A DNA stretch of 64,000 nt from Antedon mediterranea (taxonomy: Eukaryota > Animalia > Echinodermata): positions 29,530,871 to 29,594,870 of the forward strand of contig NC_092676.1 of the NCBI RefSeq assembly GCF_964355755.1, written 5' to 3'. The notes below the pieces were generated by a model. It made no database searches and was not told where the DNA came from. It saw nothing but the letters and a program-made list of their open reading frames with translations. The translations under genes and the position numbers were made by a program. The first letter of the stretch is position 1, and the number at the start of each line of letters is the position of its first letter. This document shows, one piece after another, positions 63,105 to 64,000 of this stretch.

Positions 63105-64000
63105 TACAAAAATAAACATGCAAACTAAAGTAAAAACACTAAAAAAATTGAAGTTTGTTTAATTCAGCAAATTTATTATTGTTATTTGATTAAAAACAGT
63201 AATTGTGTTAATGTTTTTATTGTTCAGCAAAGAATTAAAAGACATTTATAAAAAAACAAAACAGAATGTTAGAAGTTTTGAAACAAAGTCGAAGTACAAA
63301 CATTATCAACAATATTAAAGAAATAACAAATAAAAAAAAACATAAATGAAAAAATAAGAATAATACAACACATAGTACAACCAAATTAATTCCACATCAA
63401 TAAAACATTATTTAGTAGATTAATTACTAATGCATTCCATTCAAAATGGTATTAATTCATGTTTAATTAATGTCTCCATCTTACCATTAAATGACCATCA
63501 TCCTAACATAGCAGCAGAAATAAAGATTCACAAAAAATATTTAAAAAAAATATATGCTTTCATTCCATTAAATGTGTTTTAAATATGTTTTACTTATTGC
63601 AAAAAAAGAAGAAAATATGGATATGGAATGCAATGACAATTTAAAACAGTGATTTTAGTGATTAAAAAACACATGTTTAATTATATATTTAAAATAACAA
63701 ATTTATACATATTTTGATGTAGTATTATGTAAAGCTATCAAACTAGTTTGAAAGAAAAAGTGCCCAAATATGGTAGTGATATGCTTAAATATGGTAGAGC
63801 TATGATATCATCATGTCCATATATAGACAGAGCTTTAGATGAGTGTATTATATATTTAAATAACAAATACATATTTTGATGTAGTATTATGTAAGCTATC
63901 AAACTACTGTAGTTTGATCAAAGAAAGTGTGATGTGCCCAAATATGGCAGTAATATACTTAAATATGGTAGTGATATGACATCATCATGTCAGAGCTTTT

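Noticed and set aside
1-64000. tRNA, rRNA or prokaryotic/viral insertions
   Set aside because: No cloverleaf, rRNA-like block, operon-like ORF cluster or viral hallmark protein was recognised by eye; tRNAscan-SE and Infernal would be needed to exclude small RNAs.

Overview
AT-rich, intron-rich animal genomic DNA, probably from a marine invertebrate (inferred from composition and repeat style only). It holds four host genes: an SRSF7/SRSF3-type SR splicing factor (+, CDS 3222-5985) with a candidate poison-exon system, NUS1/NgBR (+, 10247-12031), ARID1A/B/osa (+, 16 coding exons, 21719-53329) and the last six exons of a dynein heavy chain (-, 60084-62666). The most striking non-genic structure is a 7.15-kb composite element at 12330-19482. 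It has ~1.55-kb inverted arms, TAG...CTA ends and a 3-bp GTA duplication (Academ-like). At its (AT)n centre sits a defective Neptune-type Penelope-like retroelement with two outward-facing hammerhead ribozyme motifs, itself interrupted by two nested 9-bp-TSD MULE-like elements and a HINE. The window also contains many MITEs (Tc1/pogo, Harbinger-like, Kolobok, hAT5-like), several minisatellites, and a doubly palindromic satellite between the convergent ARID1 and dynein 3' ends. All coordinates were read by eye; no database search or alignment was run.
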